Source of the DNA: an uncultured Collinsella sp.
GTDB taxonomy: Bacteria; Actinomycetota; Coriobacteriia; Coriobacteriales; Coriobacteriaceae
Direction of reading: 5' to 3'
Assembly: GCA_958403205.1 (NCBI GenBank)
Contig: CATXWM010000007.1
Span: 3,613 to 67,612 of the forward strand
Length of the DNA stretch: 64,000 bases
The position numbers and the translations under genes were made by a program. Position 1 is the first letter of the stretch, and each line of letters opens with the position of its first letter. The notes under the pieces are model-generated. The model saw only the letters and a list, made by a program, of their open reading frames with translations, did not search any database and was not told where the DNA came from. This document shows positions 1 to 13,224 of the stretch, one piece after another.

Positions 1-696
1 AACGGATGCGGCATCGGCCTGGTCCAGACCCTCGTCCACCAGCTTGCCCAGCACGAGCGGGCGAATGCCGTGCGGATCGCGGAATGCGTAGAGCGCCTGC
101 TCGTTGATGAGCGTCATGGCGTAGCCGCCGCGCACGAGCTCCATGGTCTTACGAATGCCCTCGCGCAGATGACCCGTACGCTGGGTAAAGTAGCCGATAA
201 GCTTGGTCGCAACCTCGGAATCCGAATTGGAGAGGAACGGCACGCCCAGCTCGATCAGCTGGCGGCGCAGCTCGTCGGTGTTGACGAGGGTACCGTTGTG
301 CGCAAGCGCGATAATGACGCTATTGATGGTAGAGAGGTGCGGCTGCGAGGCTTCCCAGCTCTTGGCGCCGGCAGTGCCATAGCGCACGTGGCCCACGGCC
401 AGCTGGCCGGAGAGCGTCGACAGGTCGGCGTTGGAGAACACGCGGTCGAGCAGTCCCAGGTCTTTGCGAACCATAACCGTGCCGCCATCACCCACGGCGA
501 TTCCCGCCGATTCCTGGCCGCGATGCTGCAGCGCGCGCAGACCAAAGTACGTCAGTCGAGCCACATCGCGATCGGGTGCCCACACACCAAAAATGCCGCA
601 TTCCTCATGCAGCTGGTCGGAGTCCGGATCATACGTCGACATGGTCTTCACCTGTCCCGCGGCGCGCTCGGCCGCGTGGATGGTTTCTTGAGACAT
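1..696 (-). CDS. purF: Amidophosphoribosyltransferase, 5' part (runs off the window start)
   Basis: Not in the ORF track. Read manually from ATG at 696: MSQETIHAAERAAGQVKTMSTYDPDSDQLHEECGIFGVWAPDRDVARLTYFGLRALQHRGQESAGIA. EECGIFG and LQHRGQESAGI are PurF signatures. Confidence 0.93.
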   Translation of the reverse strand, partial: MSQETIHAAERAAGQVKTMSTYDPDSDQLHEECGIFGVWAPDRDVARLTYFGLRALQHRGQESAGIAVGDGGTVMVRKDLGLLDRVFSNADLSTLSGQLAVGHVRYGTAGAKSWEASQPHLSTINSVIIALAHNGTLVNTDELRRQLIELGVPFLSNSDSEVATKLIGYFTQRTGHLREGIRKTMELVRGGYAMTLINEQALYAFRDPHGIRPLVLGKLVDEGLDQADAASV

Positions 697-990
697 GGCA
701 TCCCCTCAGAGCCTCGTTATTTGGCGTTACCTGCCCTATTATACGCACGGCAAGACAAGCACTCCCGCGCATGAACAGCGCTTTTTAAAAGCCCACCGAG
801 CTTATAATCCGTTTTGCAGCCAAACATTTTATTGGGCAACCGCCTCGGGGCCGACGATCCCGCATGCTTCCGCCGCGACGCGTCTCGCCCGCCGTTGGGG
901 CTTGCATTGTTGCAATTGGGACGTTCGTCCTGTCTTTTGGCAGGTCGGCGGCGTATCCTTGTACCTACAGCAAAACGAGAAAGGTTATGT

Positions 991-2220
991 ATGGATCGAA
1001 ACGAACTCGACCCCAGCGTCCCCAGCGCCACGGAGGTCAAGAAGATCCCCCTCATCATTAAGGTATACGCCGTCCTGTGCATCCTGTCCGGCGTGGGCAC
1101 GCTCCCGTCGGTCGGCGCCTTTATGTGGCAGGTCATCACCGCGCTCATCAACGGCAACGCCGCCGCCAAGCTCGGCGACAACACGCTCGTCGCGGTCGGA
1201 CTGATTGTCGCCGGCATCATGCTCTCGGCTGCCAGTGCCGTCATCTTGATCATCTTTGGCCTTGACCTCATCAAGAACCAGCGCCGCAATGCCGCCCGTC
1301 TGTCCTATATCCTTATCGCATTGACCGTCGTCGAGCTTTTGGTTGACGTGATGCTCCAGGGCATCGGGCCTTTCTTGCTGCGCCCCGCCATCCAGCTCGG
1401 CATCCTCGTCGCGCTTTCGACCACCGTCGACCCCACGCTGCGCCAGGAGCGCGAGCTGCAACGCCGCCTGCAGGAAATGCTCGATCGCGACGCCGCCGCC
1501 GAGGGCATGCTCGGGCGCGATGAAACCGGCGAAGGCTACATCAAGCTCAACTACTTCAACCTGTTCTGGGTATTCTTTGTCTGCTGCATACTCGGCCTGA
1601 TCGCCGAGGACATCTGGCACATGACGGTCGACGACCCCGGCGTCTACCAGAACCGCGCCGGCATGCTGTTTGGCCCCTTCAGCCCCATCTATGGATTTGG
1701 CGCCGTACTCATGACCATGGTGCTCAACCGCTTCTACAAAAAGAACCCCATCATTATCTTTTTGGTGAGCGCGCTGCTCGGCGCGAGCTTTGAGGTGTTC
1801 GTGGGCTGGTTTATGCAGACCTCGTTTGGAGTGGTCTCGTGGAGCTACTCGCACATGAAGCTGTTCGGCATGCCCGACCCGCTCGCCGTCCTTACGGGCG
1901 GACGCACCTGCACGGGCTTTGCCTGCCTGTGGGGCCTGGGCGGCCTCATCTGGATCAAGCTGCTGCTGCCGAGGCTGCTCAAGCTCATCAATATGATTCC
2001 CTGGAAGAGCCGCTACTCCGCTACCGTCATCTTCACCATCATTATGCTGGTCGATGGCGTTATGACGCTGCAGTCGCTCGATTATTGGTATCAGCGCGTC
2101 AACGGCACGGAACCGGATATTCCCGTTGCGCAGTTCTACGGCAAGTACTTCGATAATGACTTTATGGAGAATCGCTTCCAGAGCATGACCATGAGCCCCA
2201 AGGATGCGACGCGCGTGTAG
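991..2220 (+). CDS. Multi-pass membrane protein, putative ABC-transporter permease family (DUF1113/CmpB-like C-terminal domain)
   Basis: Many hydrophobic segments; motifs GMLFGPFSPIYGFGA and WSYS..GRTC..CLWG. Start placed at ATG 991 after GAAAGG. Confidence 0.7.
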   Translation: MDRNELDPSVPSATEVKKIPLIIKVYAVLCILSGVGTLPSVGAFMWQVITALINGNAAAKLGDNTLVAVGLIVAGIMLSAASAVILIIFGLDLIKNQRRNAARLSYILIALTVVELLVDVMLQGIGPFLLRPAIQLGILVALSTTVDPTLRQERELQRRLQEMLDRDAAAEGMLGRDETGEGYIKLNYFNLFWVFFVCCILGLIAEDIWHMTVDDPGVYQNRAGMLFGPFSPIYGFGAVLMTMVLNRFYKKNPIIIFLVSALLGASFEVFVGWFMQTSFGVVSWSYSHMKLFGMPDPLAVLTGGRTCTGFACLWGLGGLIWIKLLLPRLLKLINMIPWKSRYSATVIFTIIMLVDGVMTLQSLDYWYQRVNGTEPDIPVAQFYGKYFDNDFMENRFQSMTMSPKDATRV

Positions 2221-2241
2221 CGCCAACCGCGTCCAAAACGC

Positions 2242-2283
2242 AAAATGCCCGCCGGTATCACACGTACCGGCGGGCATTTTTAT
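2242..2283. terminator. Bidirectional intrinsic terminator
   Basis: AAAATGCCCGCCGGTA-loop-TACCGGCGGGCATTTT between convergent genes. Confidence 0.85.
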
Positions 2284-2310
2284 AAACGAGTCTTCTATCG
2301 ACGCAAGCCT

Positions 2311-2760
2311 CTACGCCTCGCGCTCGACCTCACTTACGCATTCGTTCTTGATGGTGCCAACGAGCGCCTGCAGCGCATCGACCACGTGCGGGCGAATGTC
2401 CCCGCCAATGAGCACGAGCATGATGTCGTCACCTACGGCAAGCTCGCCGCTTGCCAGCCACACGCGCACATAGCCGATACCCGGCATCGCGCGCGTGGCC
2501 TCGATAGCAGCCTGCACTTTCTGAGCATCGAAGCCGAACACCATGCCGCCCACCTTGTGGCCCGGCGCCACGCCATCGGTCTCGACACCGCGCGCCTCGG
2601 CCTTGGGCGTCGCGCGCACCACACCGTTATGTGTCAGATACATACCGCACGCAGGTGCCGACGAATCGGCCTTGGCCTCGCGCAGCCAAGCATCAACCGA
2701 AGGCATCGTTTTGCCATTCTCGAGCATCATTTCCCCTTTCACCGTCATTGAGTAGCCCAT
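2311..2760 (-). CDS. moaE: MoaE-family protein (molybdopterin synthase large subunit-like)
   Basis: GMYLTHNGVVR, GELAVGDDIMLVLIGGDIRP; size fits. Start could be 2730. Confidence 0.7.
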   Translation of the reverse strand: MGYSMTVKGEMMLENGKTMPSVDAWLREAKADSSAPACGMYLTHNGVVRATPKAEARGVETDGVAPGHKVGGMVFGFDAQKVQAAIEATRAMPGIGYVRVWLASGELAVGDDIMLVLIGGDIRPHVVDALQALVGTIKNECVSEVEREA

Positions 2761-2763
2761 TAT

Positions 2764-3762
2764 CTATTCCTCGACCGGCGTGAGCACCATGACGGCACGT
2801 GTGTTGCTCAGCGATAACGAACGACAGGTCACAAGCGTTACGACCTTGGTTGCCGAAGCGGCACGATCGGTGGCATCGCTCGCCACGGCAGAGGCACCGT
2901 CGAGCATCTCGGACAGGTAGTTCTTGAGCCCGTCGTCGCCCTCAAAATTGGTCGTGCGCGCCTTGGCATACGTGTCCTCGACAACTTTGGTCGCCAGTGG
3001 TCGCAGTTTATACGTAGCATCCCGTGTGATGTAATACACGAACTCGATGCTATCGAACGTTGCCTGATCAGTGGTGTCCGAAATCACGTTGAACATCGAC
3101 CCGTCATTCATGTGGTGGCCGTAGATCGTGGTCTGCTGGTCAACCATTCCCGGCGCGGTATCGTCACTGTCCAAGAAGATCGCACCCGATGCATTGGACG
3201 TACCGTCAAACAGCGTGTTGAGGTATTTGGAGTTGTTATTGGTCTGCACCACGGGATAGTTGATGTTGGTTCCCGGCGCGTAAATCCAACCCACAACCTC
3301 GGGATTTGTCTGGGCAAGTGCATCGAAGTCGATAATCGGCACGCCGCTGGCGTCCTTATCGCTTACATATTGCTTCTCGATTTTCTGGTACGAATCGCTT
3401 GCCTGCTTATAGCCAATCTGAGCATTGATAAAGATGGCAGCGGCGGCAACAATCAGGCCGATGCCGATGATGATGAGCAGAATGGGAACAATGGAGCGGC
3501 GCTTTTTGCGCGGCGGCTCGGTGTAATCCGACGGCGCGGCATGCGATGAAGACCGGGGCGGCTTCTTAGCGTTGCTATAAGGAGAAGGTCGATATGCGGC
3601 TGGCGCGTCCTGTCGACGATGCGTCGCCGGTGTCACGGGGCGCGGCGCGCGCGGCTGCTGAGGAGAGGATGTCCGACCCTGCTGTGCCCCATGGGCAGCA
3701 CTCGGCTTCGACGGATCGGGGATCTGAGAAGCCTTGAATCGTTTTCCCTGATAGTCAGACAT
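2764..3762 (-). CDS. srtB: Class B sortase
   Basis: N-terminal disordered region, one TM helix, INYPVVQ, IYGHHMNDGSMF, catalytic TLVTC followed by Arg. Start MSDYQG at 3762 after AAGGAG. Confidence 0.88.
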   Translation of the reverse strand: MSDYQGKRFKASQIPDPSKPSAAHGAQQGRTSSPQQPRAPRPVTPATHRRQDAPAAYRPSPYSNAKKPPRSSSHAAPSDYTEPPRKKRRSIVPILLIIIGIGLIVAAAAIFINAQIGYKQASDSYQKIEKQYVSDKDASGVPIIDFDALAQTNPEVVGWIYAPGTNINYPVVQTNNNSKYLNTLFDGTSNASGAIFLDSDDTAPGMVDQQTTIYGHHMNDGSMFNVISDTTDQATFDSIEFVYYITRDATYKLRPLATKVVEDTYAKARTTNFEGDDGLKNYLSEMLDGASAVASDATDRAASATKVVTLVTCRSLSLSNTRAVMVLTPVEE

Positions 3763-3797
3763 GGCTCTCCTTATACTGCGGTGAAACGGCGGAACGC

Positions 3798-4262
3798 CTA
3801 GGCGTCGGCCATCTCCTGCTTCATCTTCTCGATAACCTTGCGGTACTCGGGGTCGCAAGCGCCCAGAATCTGCGTGGCGTAGATGGCGGCGTTCTTGGCG
3901 CCGTTGATGGCAACGCAGGCCACGGGCACGCCCGAAGGCATCTGCACCATCGACAGCAGCGAATCCATACCGCCCAGGTCACTCGTCTTCATAGGCACGC
4001 CGATAACCGGCAGCGGCGTAAAGGCAGCCACGACACCACCCAGGTGAGCGGCCTTGCCAGCGGCGGCGATAATCACTTTGATACCGCGATCGGCAGCAGT
4101 CGAAGCCCACTCGTGGACCTTCGCCGGCGTGCGGTGCGCGCTTGCAATCACAAGCTCATAGGGCACGCCCAGTGCCTCGAGCTCGGCGGTGCAACCTTCC
4201 ATAACGCCCAGATCGGACTTGGAACCCATGATGATCCCGACAACCGGCTTTTGATCTGCCAT
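3798..4262 (-). CDS. purE: N5-carboxyaminoimidazole ribonucleotide mutase
   Basis: VGIIMGSKSD, SAHRTP, AGKAAHLGG, SMVQMPSGVPV. RBS AGGAGG. Confidence 0.97.
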   Translation of the reverse strand: MADQKPVVGIIMGSKSDLGVMEGCTAELEALGVPYELVIASAHRTPAKVHEWASTAADRGIKVIIAAAGKAAHLGGVVAAFTPLPVIGVPMKTSDLGGMDSLLSMVQMPSGVPVACVAINGAKNAAIYATQILGACDPEYRKVIEKMKQEMADA

Positions 4263-4348
4263 AAACAAAGACCTCCTGTTGAGAGCGGTGACGCGGCGAA
4301 TCCGCGACCCTTAACTACTGAGAGTAGTATAGCTGCTCCCGTCCCTGC

Positions 4349-4453
4349 GGTCCCCGGGTGCCCCGCGTCGGGCTGGGTTTTTATCTTCGCTCCCCTTGCT
4401 TCGCAAAGTCGCTCAGACAATAAACCCAGCCCGCCGCGGGGCACCCGGGGACC
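4349..4453. repeat. Palindromic REP/REPIN-like element A
   Basis: 32-bp inverted arms (4349-4380 / 4422-4453, one mismatch) around a core with a GCGAAGC mini-hairpin on the minus strand. Confidence 0.8.
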
Positions 4454-4494
4454 TACCGGGGATTGCCATGACGTACGTTGGCTGAAATATTAAC

Positions 4495-4530
4495 GTGGGA
4501 TCCGCCGTTCGAACGAACGGCGGATCCCAC
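4495..4530. terminator. Strong hairpin, probable terminator downstream of carB
   Basis: GTGGGATCCGCCGTTCG-AA-CGAACGGCGGATCCCAC perfect inverted repeat. Confidence 0.6.
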
Positions 4531-4603
4531 ACTCACTTTTTATTCAGCCCTAGTCATCGCGCAAAGCCCCTTCGGCAGCACACGGTGCAACCGAGTCACC
4601 GCA

Positions 4604-4694
4604 GGCCGGGACGGGAGGGGCCGAGTTTCCTCCTGAGCGACTCTGCTTGCAGCCGGAGCGAAAGGGGGAAATCTCGGCCCCTCCCACCCCGGCC
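4604..4694. repeat. Palindromic REP/REPIN-like element B
   Basis: About 31-bp imperfect inverted arms (4604-4634 / 4663-4694). Core CTGAGCGACT..GGAGCGAA is shared with element A in opposite orientation. Confidence 0.75.
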
Positions 4695-4705
4695 GACCAG
4701 GTCAA

Positions 4706-8020
<3,315 letters not shown>

Positions 8021-8021
8021 G

Positions 8022-9461
8022 TTAGTTCTCCTCGGTCTCGGTCGCGGCGGTCTCGGCAAAGTTCCAGCCGGCAAGGCGGTCCTTCGCGGTGTCGATGTCC
8101 AGGTAGTTCTCCTCGCCGTCCATGAGTCGCGTAAAGGCAGTAAAGAGATAGTGGGCATCGGTGGGGCCAGGCGAGGCCTCGGGGTGGTACTGGACCGAGA
8201 AGCACGGTGCGTCGAGCAGCTGGATGCCCTCGGCGGTGCCGTCGTTGAGGTTCACATGTGTCAGGCGAATGCGACCAAAGCGCTCGTTCATCACGACCGG
8301 CGCGATTCCGCGGCGCACCCAGACGCGCAGATCTCCATCGGCCGCATGCTCGGTCTCGCCGCCGGAAAGCTCGGGGACAAGCTTGCCCAAGCTGGGGAAC
8401 AGCAGGCCAAAGCCATGGTTTTGCGCGGTAATCTCCACGCGACGGCTTACCAGGTTCATGACCGGCTGGTTGCCACCGCGGTGGCCGAATTTAAGCTTTT
8501 CCATCTGGGCGCCGCAGGCCAGGCTGATCATCTGATGGCCCAGGCAAATGCCAAAGACCGGCACCTTGCCGATCAGCTGCTGCACCTGCTCGTAGGTCTC
8601 CACCACGGCGTCGGGGTCGCCGGGGCCATTGGACAAAAAGACGCCGGCGGGATTCATGTCGAGCACCTCACTCGCGGGCGTATCCCACGGCACGACGGTA
8701 AGGTCGCAGCCGGCGCGGACCAGACCCTCCAGAATGCCGCGCTTCACACCGCAGTCGTAGGCGACCACTTTGTGACGGGCAGGAGCGGCAGCCGTAAGCG
8801 CAAAGTCATGCGTGGCAGGCAGGTCGGCGGCCACAAACTCGTGAGGTACGGGGCAACTTACGGTCTTGACCAGGTTCTCGCCTACCAGCGTGGGCGCAGC
8901 GGCCAGACGCTCGGCAAGCTCGTCGACGTCGAAGATCTCGGTCGAAATAATGCCCATCTTGGAACCATTGTCGCGCAGGTGGCGCACCAGGGCGCGAGTG
9001 TCGACACCCTCGATAGCGACGATGCCGTGAGCGCGCAGGTACTCCGGCACGCTGACGGCCGAGCGCCAGTTAGAAGGCGTGGCGCACATGTCGCGAACGA
9101 TCATGCCGCGCATGGCCGGAGCGCTCGCAGGGCACACGGCGTCGCCGGGGAAGGCCGACTGGACGTCGGTCTCGTCGATACCGTAGTTGCCGATCTGCGG
9201 ATAGGTCATGGTTACGATTTGGCCGGCATAACTCGGGTCGGTCATGACCTCAAAGTAGCCCTCGAGCGAGGTGTTGAAGCAAACTTCGCCGGTCGCGGTG
9301 CCCTCGGCGCCGCATGCACGTCCATAAAAAATGGTCCCATCCTCAAGATACAGGATGCAGGGACCGCAGGTGCCCTTGCTGGTTTTGGCCAGCATACGCT
9401 GGCAAAGCTCGCTGGGCGCGAAGGTGCGGGCGGCAGCGCCCGCGGTATGGTTGTTCGCCAT
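8022..9461 (-). CDS. carA: Carbamoyl-phosphate synthase small subunit
   Basis: [35 protein letters not shown]. Start MANNH after GGAG. Confidence 0.97.
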   Translation of the reverse strand: MANNHTAGAAARTFAPSELCQRMLAKTSKGTCGPCILYLEDGTIFYGRACGAEGTATGEVCFNTSLEGYFEVMTDPSYAGQIVTMTYPQIGNYGIDETDVQSAFPGDAVCPASAPAMRGMIVRDMCATPSNWRSAVSVPEYLRAHGIVAIEGVDTRALVRHLRDNGSKMGIISTEIFDVDELAERLAAAPTLVGENLVKTVSCPVPHEFVAADLPATHDFALTAAAPARHKVVAYDCGVKRGILEGLVRAGCDLTVVPWDTPASEVLDMNPAGVFLSNGPGDPDAVVETYEQVQQLIGKVPVFGICLGHQMISLACGAQMEKLKFGHRGGNQPVMNLVSRRVEITAQNHGFGLLFPSLGKLVPELSGGETEHAADGDLRVWVRRGIAPVVMNERFGRIRLTHVNLNDGTAEGIQLLDAPCFSVQYHPEASPGPTDAHYLFTAFTRLMDGEENYLDIDTAKDRLAGWNFAETAATETEEN

Positions 9462-9581
9462 AATTCTCCTTCCCGGTCTCACAGGACCGGCTTAAAGGTG
9501 TGTAGTTAGGCCTCGCGGTATTGTAACCGCAAGCATGCCTCATGGCGTTAATTTCATCGAAATGTTTACGAAATGATAATT

Positions 9582-9598
9582 ATGACTTTCTATGCATA
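9582..9598. promoter_or_regulatory. Possible ArgR (ARG box) operator upstream of carAB
   Basis: ATGACTTTCTATGCAT resembles TGNAT-N4-ATGCA in an AT-rich stretch; single, imperfect site. Confidence 0.3.
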
Positions 9599-9621
9599 AT
9601 GTTTTTTAATCCCCGTCCCAG

Positions 9622-9661
9622 AAAAATCATCCCGCGGGGCTTGTAGCTCACGCGGGATGAT
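9622..9661 (-). terminator. Intrinsic terminator
   Basis: ATCATCCCGCG..CGCGGGATGAT stem followed by a T-run on the minus strand. Confidence 0.7.
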
Positions 9662-9667
9662 GGCGTC

Positions 9668-10633
9668 TTATTTTTTCTTGTCCTGCTCCAGCAGTTCGGA
9701 CGGTGTGCGATCGGGCTTGCCGCCACGGAAAATCTCGCGGCCATGCAGACGATGCTCCAGATCGCGCTCGGCTTTTTCCTCGTCAATCTTGGTCTGGCTC
9801 ACCACCGGGTCCTCAATCAACGACGACACCGAGTTCACCTGCTTCTGAATGCGCTCGGCGATGGTGTCATCCATACTCACGATGCGCATCTTCCAGTCGA
9901 TACTCGTGGCGTTGGATGAGCTCTTGGTCCACACGAACGTCAAAATGGCGCTCTGGTGGCCGCGCGCGGGGAACATGCCAAAGAAGGAATCGTGCTGAAT
10001 GTTGCTATCCTCGTCGATATAGGCGTGAACGTTATACACCACGCGGTCGATCTTATCGTTGAGCAACGCGTTGGTCGCAAGCGCCGCGGCCTGAATCTGC
10101 CCGTTGGACAGCAGCTCGAGCTCGTTGGCAGACGATGTGTCCAACACCGTCACCTCGACCGTGCCCGTGCGTTCATCGGCTTCATCGACGGTAAAGTCGA
10201 GCGGGAACTGCGTAAAGCCGTTGCCCCACTCAAGGCCGCCCTTCAGCGCCGTCGAAACGGTATCAACCGAAACGCTCTCGGACAGGTTGGCGGTATTCAG
10301 ACGGCGCATCACGCCGTAGCCGATCTGCATGCCCACGATCAGCACCAAAATACCGATGACCACGGCCATCGCGGTCTTCGTAATGGTATGGCTCACCTGC
10401 GAGCCCGAAGGATCGTCCTCGGACAGCGGGTCGATATGTTTTGCCTGGCTCGCGCGGTCCTCGCTGCGCAGCTGCGCTAGCGCCGCTTTGTCACCGCGCT
10501 TGGCCGCGGCCTCCTTCTCACGCATGCGCTCAGTTCGCTTTTTGGCAAGCGTGGGATCCAAGACACCGGATGCATCGATTTCGGAGAATAACTCCGTCAC
10601 TTCTTCCGGAGTCAAAGGGTTCTTGTCAGCCAT
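9668..10633 (-). CDS. Hypothetical single-pass membrane protein
   Basis: 321 aa, host-like codon usage, one TM (AMAVVIGILVLIVGMQIGYGV), 19 bp downstream of the ABC exporter gene. Confidence 0.8.
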   Translation of the reverse strand: MADKNPLTPEEVTELFSEIDASGVLDPTLAKKRTERMREKEAAAKRGDKAALAQLRSEDRASQAKHIDPLSEDDPSGSQVSHTITKTAMAVVIGILVLIVGMQIGYGVMRRLNTANLSESVSVDTVSTALKGGLEWGNGFTQFPLDFTVDEADERTGTVEVTVLDTSSANELELLSNGQIQAAALATNALLNDKIDRVVYNVHAYIDEDSNIQHDSFFGMFPARGHQSAILTFVWTKSSSNATSIDWKMRIVSMDDTIAERIQKQVNSVSSLIEDPVVSQTKIDEEKAERDLEHRLHGREIFRGGKPDRTPSELLEQDKKK

Positions 10634-10652
10634 AAACTTCCTGTCATATCAA

Positions 10653-12425
10653 TCAGTCGAGCTCGTGCGCACGCGCACCTTCGAACTGCATTCGATAGTA
10701 ACGGGCATAGGTGCCGCCACGGGCGAGAAGCTCCTCGTGCGTGCCACGCTCCACAACGCGACCATGCTCAACGGTCGCAATCTCATCGGCATGCTTAATG
10801 GTAGAAAGGCGGTGGGCGATGATAATCGTGGTGCGGCCGCGTGCCAGCTCTTCGAGCGACTCCTGCACCGCCTCCTCGCTCTCGTTATCCAAAGCACTCG
10901 TCGCCTCGTCCAAGATCAAGATTTTGGGGTTCTTGAGGAACACACGCGCGATGGCAACGCGCTGCTTTTGACCACCCGAAAGACGGCTGCCGCGCTCGCC
11001 CACCACGGTGTCGTAGCCCTGCGGAAGCGATTCGATAAAGGTATCGATATTGGCGCGGCGGGCCGCCTCGGCGATCTCTTCTGCCGTAGCACCCGGCTTG
11101 CCGTAGGCGATGTTCTCGCCAATCGTACCGTCAAACAGGTAGACATCCTGCTGCACCAGGCCGATGGCGCGGCGCAGGCTCTGCTGCGTCACATCGCGCA
11201 CGTCCTGACCGTCGATGCTAATGGATCCGGTAGCCACGTCATAAAAGCGCGGCAGCAGCGAACAGGTCGTGGACTTGCCACCGCCCGAAGGGCCAACCAG
11301 CGCGATGGTCTGCCCGGGCTTGATGGACAGATTCATATGGTCGATAACGGGACGCTCGTCGGCATAGCCCTCGCCCAGCTCGACATCCTCGTAGTTAAAG
11401 CACACGTCGTGATACTCCACGGCGCCGGCAGTCACCTGCAGATCCGTAGCGCCCGGCTTGTCCTGGATATCCGGCGCGGTCGAGAGCACCTCGTCCATAC
11501 GTTTAAAGCCGGCGATAGCCTTCTGATACGTTTCGGCCGAATTGACGAGCGTCTCGAGCGGCGTGCAGAACAGCGAAATATAGAGTGCAAAGGTCGCCAT
11601 ATCGACCGCCTGCAGCTGTCCCTGGGCGACCAGCCAGCCGCCCAGCAGCACCACGATCACATAGAGCACACCCGAGAGCAGGCCATACGTCGCGGTATAG
11701 ACGCCCATGGCGTGATACATGTTCTCCTTGGACGAAAGGTAGCGATCGTTAGAAGCACGGAACTTGGCGCGCTCGGTCTCCTCGTTGGCAAAGCTCTTGA
11801 CTACGCGCATGCCCGCAAGCGAATCCTGCAGCTGCGCATTGATGCCGCTGATCTTTTTGCGGTTGTCGCTAAAAACCTCGCGCATACGCATGTTCTGCCA
11901 AAACATGATGACCGCAAAAGCCGCCGTCACCACGGCCATGGCGAGCGCCAGCACCGGGGCGATGGTAAAGAGGATCGCAAACGAGCCAATAATCTCGATG
12001 CCGCAGATGATGATCCACTCGGGCACGTGGTGCGCCGCCTCGCAGATATCGAACAGATCGTTGACCACGCGGCTCATCATGTCGCCCGAACTGTTGCGGT
12101 CGAAGTACGCAAAGCTAAAGCGCTCGTACTGGTCAAACAGGTCCTCGCGCATCTTGGACTCCATGCGCGCACCCATCACGTGGCCCCAGTAGCTCACAAA
12201 GTAGCGGCAGGCGCAGCGAACGGCATACATCAGCACCAGCCCCACCGCGATCATACCGAGCGCCTGCATAATGGCAGCCTGGCCCTGGGTAAACAGCCCA
12301 CCGGTCAAATTGCGCAGAATAATAGGAAACGCAAGGTCAATGGCAGCAAGCACCAGAGCGCAAACAGTATCAGCAACAAAAAGCCCCATCTGGGGCTTGT
12401 AATACGAAAGAAACCTCTTCAGCAT
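10653..12425 (-). CDS. ABC exporter, fused permease and ATP-binding domains
   Basis: N-terminal TM domain; Walker A GPSGGGKST, signature LSGGQKQR, Walker B ILILDEATSALD, AHRLST. Confidence 0.95.
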   Translation of the reverse strand: MLKRFLSYYKPQMGLFVADTVCALVLAAIDLAFPIILRNLTGGLFTQGQAAIMQALGMIAVGLVLMYAVRCACRYFVSYWGHVMGARMESKMREDLFDQYERFSFAYFDRNSSGDMMSRVVNDLFDICEAAHHVPEWIIICGIEIIGSFAILFTIAPVLALAMAVVTAAFAVIMFWQNMRMREVFSDNRKKISGINAQLQDSLAGMRVVKSFANEETERAKFRASNDRYLSSKENMYHAMGVYTATYGLLSGVLYVIVVLLGGWLVAQGQLQAVDMATFALYISLFCTPLETLVNSAETYQKAIAGFKRMDEVLSTAPDIQDKPGATDLQVTAGAVEYHDVCFNYEDVELGEGYADERPVIDHMNLSIKPGQTIALVGPSGGGKSTTCSLLPRFYDVATGSISIDGQDVRDVTQQSLRRAIGLVQQDVYLFDGTIGENIAYGKPGATAEEIAEAARRANIDTFIESLPQGYDTVVGERGSRLSGGQKQRVAIARVFLKNPKILILDEATSALDNESEEAVQESLEELARGRTTIIIAHRLSTIKHADEIATVEHGRVVERGTHEELLARGGTYARYYRMQFEGARAHELD

Positions 12426-12507
12426 GTGATCCTCAAAGAAATATCAGCAACGTAAGGCCCTGGGACAAAGCAATCAGCAGTACTTGTCCCAGGGCTATCC
12501 CCACTCG

Positions 12508-13203
12508 TTAAAGCTCCGTGCCCCCAAGGCGGTGCGCGATGCTATCGCAGGCCAAGGCGCCCACGACGGTCTTGGCGTCTTCGATCTTGCCGTCGAGCAC
12601 GGCGTCGATCAGCTCATGCAGCGGCACCAGGTCCACGTTGACAAACTCGTCATCATCGGGGTTGGGCGCATCAAACTCGAGCTTGGTAGCCAAGTAGATG
12701 TGGATGATCTCATCGCAAAAACCGCAGGACGTGACAATCGACGTCAAAAAGCGAATACGACCAGCCCTAAAGCCCGTCTCCTCATGCAGTTCGCGCTTGG
12801 CGCAATCGAGCGGGTCCTCGCCTGGATCGAGCTTGCCGGCGGGAATCTCGACCGTCACGCGGTCGATGGCGGTGCGGTACTGACGCACCAGTACGATCTT
12901 GCCGCTCTCGGTCAGTGCCACAACGGCCGCCGCACCCGGATGGCGAACGATATCGCGGGCGCTGCGGTGACCGTTAGGCAGCTCAACCTCAAGACGGTGG
13001 ACGTCGATGATCTTACCCTTCCAGGCGCACTCCTCCGAAAGAATCTTCTCGTGCAGCTCGGCATCGTGCGGGTCGTCATCGCCCAGCACCAGCGCCGGCT
13101 CGTCAGCGACCTCGCCACCAGGCTCGCCCTCGGCGTGCCCATACAAGCGGCTGTCCTCTTCGACGATCTGCGCGTCCACGAGCTCTTCGTTCTTCTCGTC
13201 CAT
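12508..13203 (-). CDS. NUDIX hydrolase (ADP-ribose pyrophosphatase-like)
   Basis: Nudix box GKLDPGEDPLDCAKRELHEETGF; HPGAAAV; EDAKT. Confidence 0.92.
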   Translation of the reverse strand: MDEKNEELVDAQIVEEDSRLYGHAEGEPGGEVADEPALVLGDDDPHDAELHEKILSEECAWKGKIIDVHRLEVELPNGHRSARDIVRHPGAAAVVALTESGKIVLVRQYRTAIDRVTVEIPAGKLDPGEDPLDCAKRELHEETGFRAGRIRFLTSIVTSCGFCDEIIHIYLATKLEFDAPNPDDDEFVNVDLVPLHELIDAVLDGKIEDAKTVVGALACDSIAHRLGGTEL

Positions 13204-13224
13204 CCGTCTCATTCCTCTCGGACT

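Noticed and set aside
70..774. 234-aa plus-strand ORF
   Set aside because: Shadow of purF, which is on the minus strand with clear signatures.
4263..4330. ZMP/ZTP or purine riboswitch upstream of purE
   Set aside because: Only a short hairpin beginning GGGTCGCG; the conserved ZTP and purine aptamer elements are not visible.
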